Notes: generated by a model not told the origin, from the letters alone. A stretch of DNA of 64,000 nt from Balamuthia mandrillaris (GCA_031835245.2 JAVKOQ020000034.1:1-64000); one strand, 5' to 3'. Counted from the first letter of the stretch, positions 11,216-23,435 are shown. Program-made: numbers and translations.

Positions 11216-11789
11216 CTCCTGGAGCCACAGAGGCGGCCTCAGCAGCAGCAACAGTAACTCCTACTGCATCTTCTTTTGTATTGTTTCTCCTACTCTGCAG
11301 GGTGACAGTGTGCCACAGCATCTGTTAGCACTTTGACCTTACATCAGACGTGAGTGGGGATGGCAACGCAAAACTGTCTAGTGGATGGGGTGAGGAGAGG
11401 TTTATTCGTACGGGTGGGCGTTGATGCATTAAGTGGTGGTGGCGGTTTGGGTACTGTGCGCACGGACCTTTACTTAGCTCCCCACGCCCTCTCTTTGCCC
11501 TTTGAAGCTGGATGGTGGCGGATTGTTGTCTTCTGCTTGCCCTTTTGTTTTGAGATGGGTGTGAAACGGCACTGTTGTGGTACTCTGCATCCTTGTTGTC
11601 AGCCCAAAAAGCAGAACTGCATTCGTAAGGAGCCAAGACATGGAGTTCAAGAGCACGGAAGAGGCGCCGTGTTCTTGGGCTTCGCCTCTCTTGTCTTGTG
11701 CTTCCTTTCTGTGCAGGAAAGCTGAAGTGGCTGGCAGCAAAAAAAAAAAAAAAAAAAAAGTAAAAATAAAGAATACTTCCAAATGGCAA

Positions 11790-11888
11790 CTATGTAAGAA
11801 AGAGAGAGAGACAAAGAGAAAGAGAGAGAGAGAGAGGCAAAGAGAAAGAGAGAGAGAGAGAGACAAAGAAAGAAAGAGAGAGAGAGAC

Positions 11889-11939
<51 letters not shown>

Positions 11940-11948
11940 AAGAGAGAA

Positions 11949-11979
<31 letters not shown>

Positions 11980-11988
11980 CAGAGAGAG

Positions 11989-12021
<33 letters not shown>

Positions 12022-12125
12022 CAGAGAGACAGAGAGAGGGGGAGAGCAGAGAGAGAGAGAGAGAGAGAGACAGTGAGAGACAGAGAGAGAGAAATGGAAA
12101 AACGGGAAAGAGAGAAAGAAAAGAA
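11790..12125. repeat. GA-rich microsatellite tract
   Basis: Imperfect (GA)n/(GAAA)n; it produces spurious ER/LS ORFs. Confidence 0.9.
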
Positions 12126-12840
12126 GAAAGAATGTGACAAAAAAAAAAACAAAAAGTGTAGGTTAGGGCTAGACAAAACTCTTTTAAAATGGAAAGTACT
12201 ACGAAACGACGGAGTAGTGGACATAAGGGTGAATACAGGCTATCTACCAATAGAACTTCGATATAAGGGGTATTTTATTGAAATTTCTGTATTTCTACCC
12301 TATAGTATTTCATATAAAGTCTGCGGGGCTACAATGCAATACTTAGAGATTCTGTTGATTAACTGATTGACATCATCCTATTGATTAAACCAAGATCATG
12401 CTGTGATAAGGCTGGTAGGGGAACAACCTAATAGACACCAACTCAATGGGTGTAGGGAAAAAGACTTTTAATAAAATGAAAGAAAGAAATATATATACAA
12501 GGAGAGATAGGAATAGGTATTATGGGAGAGTGGTATAACAGTGCTGTGTGACATTTGTTAGGCTGTTTTCCTATTGGCAAAATCACACTTCCAACTTTCA
12601 ATCAAGATGATTAATGTAGTCAAACAAAGAAGAGGCATTGCTAGCCTGCTTGATTAAGAGCTTGTCATGCTCTACTTGGCTTGTTCAAAGCACAGAGAGG
12701 GCCTGGTCAATAATGTCTAGTCTGTCTATAGGAAGAGTTGTGGTAGTAGAGGAGGGAAAGCAAGAAACCTAAGGAATAGAACTACTAAATATTTGGCAGG
12801 TATCCAGTCGGATGAGTTTAATGAACAGGTATGCTTGCTT

Positions 12841-15094
12841 TTATTGCTCTCTTATATATCTCTGAAGGTCAGGAAAATGCTCAAGATTTCTCTCTGCCCA
12901 TGACCTTTCACTTCTTTGTGTAGCACCTTGAACTTTTGCTACAACGGGAGAGGCAGCAGCAGCTTCAGCACAAAGCGCTTGCCTTTCAAGGAGCTGCTGT
13001 GGAAGAGAACAATCACCGGAATTGATTCCCGCAAAGCCTTGTGTTGACTGCGTCATCATCCGCTTGAGATCAGCGTGCGTGGTTTCGATTCCAAAGTTGC
13101 TGAACTTTTCGACCGAGCCTTCTCGCTCCAGCCAGTAGCCAAGGTGGTCAACAAACACATGAATGTATGTGGTAACATCCTTTCCATTCCATGCCTGAAT
13201 AAAGGCTTGCAAAAACACCTTTGCCTCTTGCTTCCATTCCTCGTCTGTGATGCTCAGCTTTTCCTGCATTGCTAAACAGGCTGTTCAATGGAAAGCTGCC
13301 CAAGCCTGATGAACTCGTGGAAGTGTTGTTTGAATTGGTGCTCTTCTAGGCATGCCTTCCTCAAGGTCTGCTAAAATGAACGTGTGATTTTCAAGGATGA
13401 TTAAATGTTCACGTCTGTTGAGCCTGCTGTCTTTAATCCTCTTCTTGAAACCAACTCCAGAAGCTGCTGGAATAAGGTAAATCCCAATCCCAGCCATTCG
13501 TTCAACAAAAAGTTGTTGTAACTTTGGTTGTTCTGCTGTGAGCTCGATTGTCTTATTGATGAGTTTGCGAACTACACCCATTAATAGGTGAAGAAGATCT
13601 GGGATAACTTGTATTGGATTTAAAAACAACACAGGTTCAAGCACCTTTTAGCAAACAAGACCACCAACAAAAGTCAGAAGAGCAAATAGAAACAAAAACA
13701 ACACAAACCTGTCCGTGATGATCTGTTGCTTTTGATCTTCTTGTTGCCTCTTCCCAGTCGATAACTGCTTTCCAATCATTTTTGACATCCTCTAAGGTAT
13801 GAAAGCGAGTTTCTTCTGCTGAAAGTTCGCCTCGTGCTAACTGCTGCTTTGTGATGTTGCACCAAAAACAGCAACAGGTAGAGTTGCTGCGATAGAATTG
13901 ATACATGCCACTAAAAACAGCCAAGGCCTTCAAGTCAACCACAATGTATGGCCACAGGTGCACCAATTCACCAGAAGAAGAAGTAAGTAGCACACCCTTT
14001 TCTATCCAATTGTTGAGCACTACTCATTAATCACCAAGTTCTCTGATTAATGTTTCTCCATCTTTGCTTCCTAAATACAACAGCCAAGGATGACAGTTGT
14101 GTGATGATTTGAGCACTTTCAATGTGGATTTCTTGCTTATGAACTCCATCATCCCAACTTCCATTTGTAGACGAGTTTTTTTGGCTGCTGTAGATCCATC
14201 AAAGGCAAGCTTTAAAACAGGTCGATCTGCTGCTTGAAGTTTAGAAGATGAAAAGAGTTGCTGTACAAACTCTTTCGGCTGGTACATACTTCCTTTCCCA
14301 CCTTTTGTTGCAACCAATTCCTTCTTGCTTAACAACTCACGTTGCTTCTTTCGAACTTGATGTAGGCTTGCTTGTTTTGATAGCTTGAACATGTGAACAA
14401 CCAACTCCCAACAATGATCAGGTATGCGCAACACATTCTTCAACCAAACAAGGTCTGTCACACAAGGTTGATAAGTAGATGTAGAGAGGTTTGCTTGTAG
14501 CCATCCTTCAATCACAGGAGAAGAGTGAATAATGGCGGCCACTCCTAATACCACATCAACTTGAAGCGCTCCTTCCACTGCTGCTTTTGCTACAGCTACT
14601 CGCACATTTCCTTCAACATCCCAAGTCACCTTCTTTTCAATCGCCTCCATGATGTCTTGCTTGGCTTCCTCTATTTCTTCTTCGCGTTGCTTCTTCACTT
14701 CTTCCTTTGCCTGCTCTTGCTTTTCCTTCTCTTTTCCCTTTTCTTCTCGACGGGTGGCTATCTCCTTACAACGGGCACAGGAATCAGGTGAGCAGGTATG
14801 TTGAACTGCTGCTTCATGCTCCCTTCTTGACTCTTCTGATTTGTAACATTTGCCACAAACAGAGTGACTGCACTCAAACCTCAGGTCGTTTGGGTTCTTC
14901 TTTCCAAGTCGATGATTTTCCCATCACTTGCAGGTTGTGCAATTAGTTGCATTACATGTATGCCCTCCTCCTCCCTTGCACCTTTCATGTTGATTGAGGG
15001 TGGAGGTATCCTGTGCAACATACCATTGTGGTGAACAGTAGAGGTGTTCACAAACATAAGGTGGTTGGTGTTTGACTCTTTTTGCATGTGGCAT
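12841..15094 (-). pseudogene. RAG1/Transib/Chapaev-like DDE transposase (~729 codons, one 64-nt intron 13645-13708, four in-frame stops)
   Basis: One reading frame from ATG 15094: LAFDGS (D), VVDLKAL (D), CFWC, PDLLHLLMG, TYIHVFVDHL and FSNFGIETTH (E). This matches the order of RAG1 core residues D600, D708, C727/C730, H795, H937/H942 and E962. Confidence 0.85.
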
Positions 15095-15447
15095 GTTTGT
15101 GTTGTTTTTGTTTTCTGTTTCTTGTTTTGTTTTTTTTTTTGTTTATTGCCGTAAATAAAAGTTCTTTATTTCTTGGAAAAATGAAGTTAATGCCGGATCC
15201 TGAAAATAATGTACTAAAATTATTTCACCCAATTTTCCCTGTTTTTCACTATCAAATCGTCGACAAAAAATATATTATTGTCGACCAGGAACTGGCCCTC
15301 CTGCAGTGTTGGCAGTTTTTCCTTCACCCCACGGCCCACAGCACTCCCTTCCGTCCTTTTGTTGACCCCTCAAAATTTATTTATTTTAAATTAGTCTTCT
15401 TCTGCGCGGGCTAACCACCCACAACTGCAAAAATAAACAAAACGAAG

Positions 15448-16268
15448 ATGAACTTGGAGCTGTTGGACCCCTTTGAAAATGACTTCCCAGAGGTCATTGA
15501 AGACTGTCTCGTTGGTGAAAGTAACGCCCTTTGTTGCGCTTGCAACCGTCGAGGAACCTTGTTGGCGGTTGGTTGTGCTGATGGGCGATGCATCATATGG
15601 GACTTTGACACTAGGGGCATAGCCAGGAGTCTGTTTGGGCATATACATCCCATCACTTCTGTGAGGTATGCTTTTGGGTTCTACCCTGGTATCCTTCATC
15701 TTCTCACACCATTATTTACTCTCAGCTGGTCTCGCAACGGTCGAAAGCTCCTAAGCTCTTCCACTGATTGGACTGTGAAGCTTTGGGACGTACTTAGTGG
15801 CGCAGTCGATATCACCATACGTTTCGATACCGCTGTATCAATGGCACAGATGCACCCGCGCGACAAGTACTCTCTCGTACTCTTTACTCTCGTTCTAGCT
15901 TCTTTGTTCTCTCTCTTAACTCTCTCCCCACCCTGACGGCTTGCTGCAGCACACGATGTGTGGTGTGCCCAATATCGGAGCCCGCTGTGTTGGTAGACCT
16001 CACAACAGGAGAGAAAAAACCGCTGCCCATAGTGGCTGTAGACTGCGATGGGACTGGCAAAGAAGAGGTTTGGCCCGTTTCTTTCAACCTGCAAGCGCAT
16101 GCTGTTTTATGCTTTGCTAACATAAAACGTCCTCCAGAATAGAGTCTACTACAATGCGGTCACTTTTAACAAGAGCGGGGATATCATCTTTGCTGGTGAT
16201 TCCAAAGGCACCATTACCCTCATTGACTCGGGAAAACTTCAAGTACGTTCTTCACTAAAATCACCGAG

Positions 16269-16307
<39 letters not shown>

Positions 16308-17379
16308 ACTAGTTACTTTTTGAAAAATACAGATCTTACAAACAACTCACATCTCGGGTAAAGCCTCCATCAAGTCAATCCAGTTTAGCAAGTGTGGGAA
16401 GCACTTTGTGATCAACTCTACTGATCGTATTGTGCGCTCCTTTGACGTGGAAGAAGTTACCACTGCTTCTTCTTCTTCTTGTTCTTGTTCTTCTTCTTGT
16501 TCTTCTTCTTCTTCTTCTTCTTCTTCTTCTTCTTCTTCTTCTTCTTCTTCTTCTTCTTCTTCTTCTTCTTCTTCTTCTTCTTCTTCTTCTGCCTCTGCTC
16601 CTTCTGCCGGAGAGATGAGCAGTGGAATAGTGGTGCGTGAGGCAAGGGAGTTCCAAGATGTGGTCAACCGTATGCAGTGGAAGAAGTGCTGCTTCAGCTG
16701 TGATGGTGACTACATCATTGGTGGTTCCGCCCAAAAGGCTGAGCACAACATTTACATCTGGAACAGGGCGTATGGACGTCTCGTCAAGATCCTAGAAGGC
16801 CCAAAAGAGGGTATCATGGACCTAGTGGTAAAAACCCTTTGTTTTCTTTCTTCGTTCCTTTTTTTTTCTTTTTTGTGCAGCTGATAATTCGTCATGCAAC
16901 GCTAGTGGCATCCTCTCCGGCCGATTATTGTGAGCTGCTCTGTTTCAGGAGTGGTCTACATTTGGGCCACGAACTACACAGAGAACTGGAGTGCGTTTGC
17001 TCCTGACTTCACCGAGCTGCAAGAAAATGAAGAGTACCAGGAGCGTGAAGATGAGTTTGACATTGTATACCCTCTCTCTTTCCTTGTGTTCTCGTCTCTT
17101 TCTAATCAAAACAAAAAAAAGGTCGAAGAGGATGAGGTGGCGGTTAAAAAGAAACAAGTGGAGGAGGATGAGGAAGCGGACATCATGACGGTTGACCGGA
17201 TAGCAGCCTACAGCAGCGAGGAAGAGGACGAGCTCTGGTTCATCCCCACCGCTCCTATACCCGATGTTCCTCGCAATACTATCGCCGTTTTGCCTTCCCA
17301 TGGTGCACACCCTTTTTTTTTTTTGTTCTTTCCCTGGCCTTCTTACCCACTGAGTTCTGCAGCTGTCGTGGGGCTGTGA
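15448..17379 (+). CDS. RBBP5: RBBP5/Swd1 WD40 subunit of the COMPASS H3K4 methyltransferase (multi-exon)
   Basis: MNLELLDPF..DFPE, GTLLAVGCADGR..IWDFDT, WSRNGRKLLS.S.D, ENWSAFAPDF.EL.ENEEY.EREDEFD. Confidence 0.95.
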
Positions 17380-17741
17380 ACCTTGTTAACAGAGAGCCGT
17401 TTGGCGCAGATAACGTCACCTCTTCCATGCAAATGTTTACGTAAGAACTGTTCTGTTGAAGTTCGTATAATCTTGCTCAACAAGATGAAAGCTGTTGATC
17501 CTCTCAAGAAGAAAGACGAACAACTGAGAACACTTTGCCTTCTCTTTCTCTTCTATTGTTGCTTGAGAACAAAGGAGAGAGAAGGAGAGCAGAAAGCAAC
17601 CAAAGCGGCGCAAAGATCATCTTGAAGCCGCCTTAGAAAGCAACCAAGTCAAAATAAAAAAGAGCGTCGTTTGTTTTTTCAGTGTTAATTTTTGTTTTTT
17701 TTTTTGGAAAAAAAAAAGGACGACGAAAGTGGCGGGAAAGC

Positions 17742-18315
17742 TTATTCGGCGGAAGCCTTCGCGAGGTAAGCAACGACGTCAGCCCTGTCGGCCTCGCTCT
17801 TGAAGCCAGGGAAGGCCATCTTGGTCTTGGGAATGTACTTCTTGGGGTTCTCCAAGTAATTGAACAAGGTATCCTCCGTCCATGTGATACCTGTGCACCA
17901 AGATAAGAATCCGACTGCTTCACGACGCACAAAAGAGGAAAAAAAATGAGTGAAAGAGGAAACGAACCAGCGTCTTGGTTGGCCTTGGTGTACTTGTAGC
18001 CAGGGACAGTGCCGGACTTGCGGCCAAGAAGGCCGTACAAGTTGGGGCCTTGCTTGTGGGGACCACCCTACAAGAATGAGCAAACAAAAATAAATAAATA
18101 AATAAATAGTGTGTGAGATAAACAGACTCCGGAAAAAGAGAGCGAGAGATGTCGCCGGAACAAGAATCCGTCTTCCATCTCCCGCTCCGATAAGATAAGA
18201 TAAATCGCCGGACCTTGTTGATGGTGTGGCATTGGGTGCAACGAGCCTTGAAGAGCTTCTCTCCCTTGTCTACGCTGCCTCCAGGAGGACACGGCTTGTT
18301 CATGGTGCTGGCCAT
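17742..18315 (-). CDS. CYCS: Cytochrome c (3 exons: 18315-18214, 18067-17968, 17890-17742)
   Basis: [14 protein letters not shown] (CxxCH), [29 protein letters not shown]. Confidence 0.98.
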
Positions 18316-18640
18316 CTTTGCGTTTTTTTGGGGGTGTGTGTGTGCGGTCAAAAAAATAAATAAATAGGAGGTGAGGTGCTCGCTCTTCAAGCTCAAAGAG
18401 GAGAGAAAAAAATGGAAAGAAAGAAAATAAAATATTTTTTTAACGACTTTGGAACGAACCCTCAATCCGAGATTCCAGGAAATATATGGCAGAAAATGCC
18501 ATCCTCGTGGCGTTCATTTGCCATCCTTGTGGCTACTCTCCTGATACGAGCGACTCCTCGTGCATCCAAGATCATCCCCACGAAAAAAAAATATTGCAGC
18601 GTGGCGTTCGGTGTCTCTTCGATAAACAAAAAAAAAAAAG

Positions 18641-19727
18641 ATGGGAGGCTCTTCAACTCTGGCCTTGGTGGTGGTGGTCTTCGCGGTAGTTTCGAGCTGG
18701 TTGGGAGCGGTGCGGTCGGGCGATAGCGACAACTTTTCCGGCAGGGCGGGCTCCGTTTCGGTGATTGTCTCCACGCGCAACGACGGGAGGGCGGTGACCC
18801 CTATCCTGGAGGGGGTGGAAGCAAGTTTGATGGACTGGGTGAAAGAAATGAGAAACAGAGGAGTGAATGACCTGGTAGCGGAGGTAATCATCGTGGATGA
18901 CAACTCCACCGATGACACCGCCAAAAAAGTCGATCGGTGGATCAAGTTTCGTAAAAGCCTGAAGGAGGAGGACCATGCCAGCCTAGGGGAAGAGGAACGG
19001 CTTATGTTGAGCATTGGCTATCGTTTTATTCATGAACAATCAGCTACAGAACTCGGTCATGGAACGTCAAAGAACATAGGCGTTAGCCTTTCCCAAGGAG
19101 ACATGTTATTCTTTGCCGACTCTCGGGGTTTCTTCCTCCCTGACCATATTCGCGTCTGCCATGACCTCCTGGTGCTAAATAAAGTGGCCTACGCCAAAAC
19201 TGGAGTGGAGACAGGTGAATTGACCCACGAGGACAAAGCTTCACCAATCAACATGTGCATCTGGAGAAAGGTCCATGAGTTCATAGAAGGTTTTCCTGAA
19301 CAGGCACCCTTTGTGGAGCTGGCGCAGGTACACAAAGCTTACCAAAGCGCTCTGTCACCTTTCCCCTGGGTAGGGTCGGGTCGCCAAACTGTAACCATCG
19401 AGCTCGTTCCAGACAAGGAGCAGAAGCGCCCTCCCTATTGGGATGCGGTTCTCTCAAAACTGACTCTTTATCATATGTCCCATGTCAGAGAAAAGATATC
19501 CCTGTACAAACGAGGTTAGAACTGATTTCCTGAATCTTTTTAGTGTGCAACTTCATTAACAAACTCTTCTCTGTCCTGTAGGTGAGCCACTATCTGCTAA
19601 TCCATATTGGGCCATCAATCATGTTGCAACACAGAAGAAGTCCCTTCCGCTTTGGAAGGTCTTTAACACGGATAACAGAGCAACCAGGTTGTATCATTTA
19701 CCCCTTCTGACTGTTTCCCCAATTGAC

Positions 19728-19765
<38 letters not shown>

Positions 19766-19923
19766 GATATCGAGGATTAATGGACTTTGGAGACAAAATG
19801 TTTAAAAAGGGAGAGTGGGAGACAACAAGGCTTATCTTGCAGATAATCCCCACGTTTGTGTACAATCCAACGGAGATTCCTAAAGTTGGCGCACAACAAT
19901 CCTCCACCTTCACAACCGCCTAA
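18641..19923 (+). CDS. Glycosyltransferase family 2-like protein with an N-terminal signal/anchor (about 3 exons)
   Basis: SVSVIV.TRN, EVIIVDDNSTDDT, KNIGV..SQGD.LFFADS; hydrophobic N-terminus. Confidence 0.75.
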
Positions 19924-19933
19924 TAACAAAACA

Positions 19934-21440
19934 TTAAGAGAGTTGAATAAGCTCTGATAAAGGTACATCTTCCTCCGAGTCATCTTCTGAAGATGATTCG
20001 TCCTGTAGGAACATCGTTTGCTGCTTTGGTTGTCGTGTAGAGGAAGCGCCAAAAAAGACTGATAAAGGAATGTCTTCTTCATCATCTTCATCCTCGTCGT
20101 CAGAGCGAGACGAAGTTGTCGTTTTCTTGCTTGATAAAGCAGAAGAGCGATTTGGTCGTTTCTGCTGGTCTTTGTCCCAAGAACCACTTAACCCTCCGAT
20201 CAGTGACATTACTCGTGAAATGTCTTCAACCTTTCTTCTCTTGGTCGATGGTTGTCGAACATCCTGCCCAGTGTGCGACGGAAGCTCCTCATTCTCCTTC
20301 TCCTCTTTCCTATGCTTCTTTTGCTTCATTTCCACCAACTTCCGTTTTCTCTTGGCCAACCTCTTAACAGGGGTGCCTGGCTGACTGTTGCTCACGTTCT
20401 TTCCTTGGTTGTTACTGTTATTTTTTTGAGCATTTTTTCGTGCTCTGTTTTCCTTTTCCTCGTCCATACCGTCCTGCTTCGCTATTCGTCTTAGGTAGTC
20501 TTGTCTTAAGGCCTTCATCCTCTTATTCTCTTTGCTTTGCTGCTCCAACAGCGAGTCCAAGTCAAACTTAAAAAAAAAACGTCAGATAATCTTGAAAGAA
20601 TGGAAGACAAGAGAGAGAGAGAGTGAGAGAGAGGGCAGATACATCTTCAATGACTTCAGCAGAACGAGCACTTTCGTCACTTCGGGTGGAGACTGCGTCA
20701 CTTTCAGTTCTTTGTTCTGGCTCGTTAGCCTGGAAAGGATGGCCAGTAGACTCAGAGGAAGTTCCCGCTTCACTCTCAGGACGCGAAGTGCTTCCCTAAG
20801 AAAATATGGATTGGAAAGAGTTAAAAGCGGCGTGTGGATACACAAGGAAGAAAAAAAGAGTGAGCTACGCACTTTGATAGCAGAATAGGAGCCAATGCCT
20901 TCCAGTTGTTCGATAAAGTCATCAAACGCAAAAGAAGGCAAAAGCTGCTGTTTCCATAGTTCTATCCGGAGGAAGAACTGTCTTAGGTTATCGGCCTAGT
21001 TGCCGCAAGAGAGAGAGAGAGAGAGAGAAGAGCGAGATGTTAGAAAATCCCCGGTAAAGCAACCAGAAAAAAAAGCCCTCAGTGGGCATACACTAACGAA
21101 CCTGATTGTCAGAAGGCTCAAAGTCGGCCAACAACAGCTGCAATTGGGCGAGGCCAGAGGCCGAGTTGAGCAGGTCTACTGTCAACTTGGGCCTTGGCCT
21201 TCTCTTCCTCACCGTTTTCTCTCCTTTATCGCGCCCCTTTCCGTCATCCTTTCCTCCCTTTTTGCTGCCAGCCTCCCACAAGTATTCAAGTCCCTCGATC
21301 TGTGGTCGTTTCGTCTGCAGGGCACCGTTCTCCGTTTCATGTTCCTCCTCCACCTCCGCCGCCTCCTCCTCCTCCTCCCTTGCATTGATTTCTTTGCCGC
21401 TTTGAGGGGCAGCCTCTGCCACTTTGATAGGAACTCTCAT
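19934..21440 (-). CDS. TIPIN/Csm3/Swi3 replication fork protection protein (multi-exon)
   Basis: RPKLTVDLL...GL, followed by W...LLP.FAFDDFI..LE.IG (Swi3 domain pattern); charged, low-complexity C-terminus. Confidence 0.7.
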
Positions 21441-21671
21441 CTCTTGCTCGCGATTCCTTCTCTTCCGTTGTTCTGTTGAGGTTCCCTCTCTCTCCTACGG
21501 GCGGAGTAACGGTTCCGCCAAAAAAAATTGGCGGGAAATTGCTTGAGGAGTCTGATATTTTGTCCCTTCATGTCGATCTGACGTCATCGCAGGGGAAACG
21601 TCGACAAAAAAGAAGCACACAAAAACGAAAGTAGAACGAAGAGAAGAGAGGAGAAAAGCTTCATCTCAACA

Positions 21672-22159
21672 ATGGCATCGCAGACCACCGGAAAACCTTC
21701 GACGAGCGCGTTGCGTTTGTTCCGGGAGTTGATGCGGGTTGGCTACCAATGGCCGACCATCTCTGGCCGTGAGTCCCGCGCCTACCGAGAGAGAATCAAG
21801 CAAAGCACCCGCAACGCCTTCCGTAAGAACCAACACCTCAAAGACAAACAACAGATTGCCGCCATGCTGCGCTTTGGCCAGGAAGAACTCTCCTCCCTGC
21901 AACGACTAAAAGCCAACCACCACCACGATAAGGTAACCTTCCTTCTCTCTCTCTCGCATGCAGCACTCACACTCCTCATGAACAAACTGCCTCTCTCTCT
22001 CACTCTCTCTGGTCTTAGTATCCGCTTACGCAAGACACAACGCCGCCGCAACTGGCCAAGCGGGCAAAGTCTTTGCTCTCCGACAAAGCCCAGGAAAAGA
22101 TACACAAAGGCAAGTGGGGTTTCTGGGATCGTCTTTCTGGCCTATGGACCAAGGACTGA
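21672..22159 (+). CDS. LYR-motif mitochondrial protein (2 exons)
   Basis: ALRLFRELMR...R.AFRKN...D...I...L..G..EL; intron 21932-22018. Confidence 0.8.
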
Positions 22160-22423
22160 AGAAGGAAGAAGAGGAAGGAGAAAAAGAGGAGAGGGCAGAG
22201 TGTGTTCGTTTGCTATTGAGCTTTTTAACACGAAAAGAACAAAACGAAAAGAAAAGAAAAGAAAAAAGAAATAAAACATAGAAAAAGAAGAATGTGGGGC
22301 TGTGAAAATTTGTTTGTAGGACTTGCCACTTCACACGATCTCTTCTTTCCTGAAACTATTTATCCACCGCATTCACTTTGTATAAACAACGTCTTGCTTC
22401 AGTATTGTTCTTTTTTTGGGGGG

Positions 22424-22622
22424 TTACTTGTTTGCTCCGTCCGCTTTTCGTTCTTCCGTCGTTTCCTCCTCCTTTTTCTGTTGCATTTGCTTTGTGAGGA
22501 AGCCGAACCTCTCGTCTATCACTTTCATGTCCACATACTGTTGTTTTGTTTCTCCGATTGTGAGTAGAGAGGAAGAGAGAGAAAGGAAGAGAGAGAGGGA
22601 GAGGGGGAGAGGGGGAGAGAGA

Positions 22623-22663
<41 letters not shown>

Positions 22664-22718
22664 AGAGAGGGAGAGAGAGAGAGAGAGAGAGAGGGAGGGA
22701 GGGAGAGGGGGAGAGAGA

Positions 22719-22757
<39 letters not shown>

Positions 22758-23097
22758 AGGGAGGGAGAGGGGGAGAGAGAGAGGGAGAGAGAGAGGGAGA
22801 GAGAGAGAGAGAGGGAAGAGGGAGAAGCGTGAAGATAAAGGAAAGAAGTGGGGAGATAAGAGAGAGAGAGAGAGAGAGAAAGAGACAAGAAGGGCAAAAA
22901 TAAACCTTAGAGTCCTCCAGAGGGACGGTCTTGAAGGGAGTGCCGCGGGATGTCCTCAGACAGCGGTCGAACTGACCAAGGTAGAGCTGACAAAAGTTGA
23001 AGTCGAGGTCACCGTCCGCCACGCAAATGTTGTATTTGCGATGAAAGGGGTAGCAAGGGTTCACGCCTTTGTCTCCAAAACCGACGAACGAAGCCAT
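22424..23097 (-). CDS. Small twin-CX9C protein, NDUFS5 (complex I 15-kDa subunit)-like (2 exons)
   Basis: MAS..GFG..G...CYPFHRKYNIC-x10-CQLYLGQFDRCL; (CT)n-rich intron. Confidence 0.65.
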
Positions 23098-23176
23098 CTT
23101 CCCGCCGCACGCTTCTTCTTCTCTTCCCTCTTAATTTTTTTTTGTAATTTTTGTGTCGACACGAAAAAGAGAAACG

Positions 23177-23368
23177 AGAGAGCAGAGAGCAGAGAGCAGA
23201 GAGCAGAGAGCAGAGCAGAAGGAGAGAGCAGAGAGCAGAGAGCAGAGAGCAGAGAGCAGAGAGCAGAGAGCAGAGAGCAGAGAGGAGAGAGGAGAGAGCA
23301 GAGAGGAGAGAGCAGAGAGGAGAGAGGAGAGAGCAGAGAGGAGAGAGCAGAGAGCAGAGAGCAGAGAA
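23177..23368. repeat. (GAGAGCA)n heptamer tandem repeat, intergenic
   Basis: Directly visible, with GAGAGGA variants. Confidence 0.9.
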
Positions 23369-23435
23369 GAAGCTGCAGGGACTAAAACACTACGGCGAAA
23401 GAAGCGAATGAAGGAAAAGAGCGGTTTTTGGTATT

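Noticed and set aside
11474..12250. Long ER-/LS-/F-rich ORFs (also 22416-22897, 23041-23572, 49039-49392, 53519-54212)
   Set aside because: Artefacts of stop-free microsatellites.
3343..12302. TAGGGT...ACCCTA as hAT terminal inverted repeats
   Set aside because: Only a 6-bp match, with no 8-bp TSD.
13285..14926. Stop-codon reassignment as an explanation for in-frame TGA/TAA
   Set aside because: Host genes end normally in TAA/TGA/TAG and have no internal stops. The stops are confined to transposons and fit C-to-T decay.
12541..15344. GTGCTGTG / CACAGCAC as RSS-like ends
   Set aside because: They face outward, which is the wrong orientation for TIRs.
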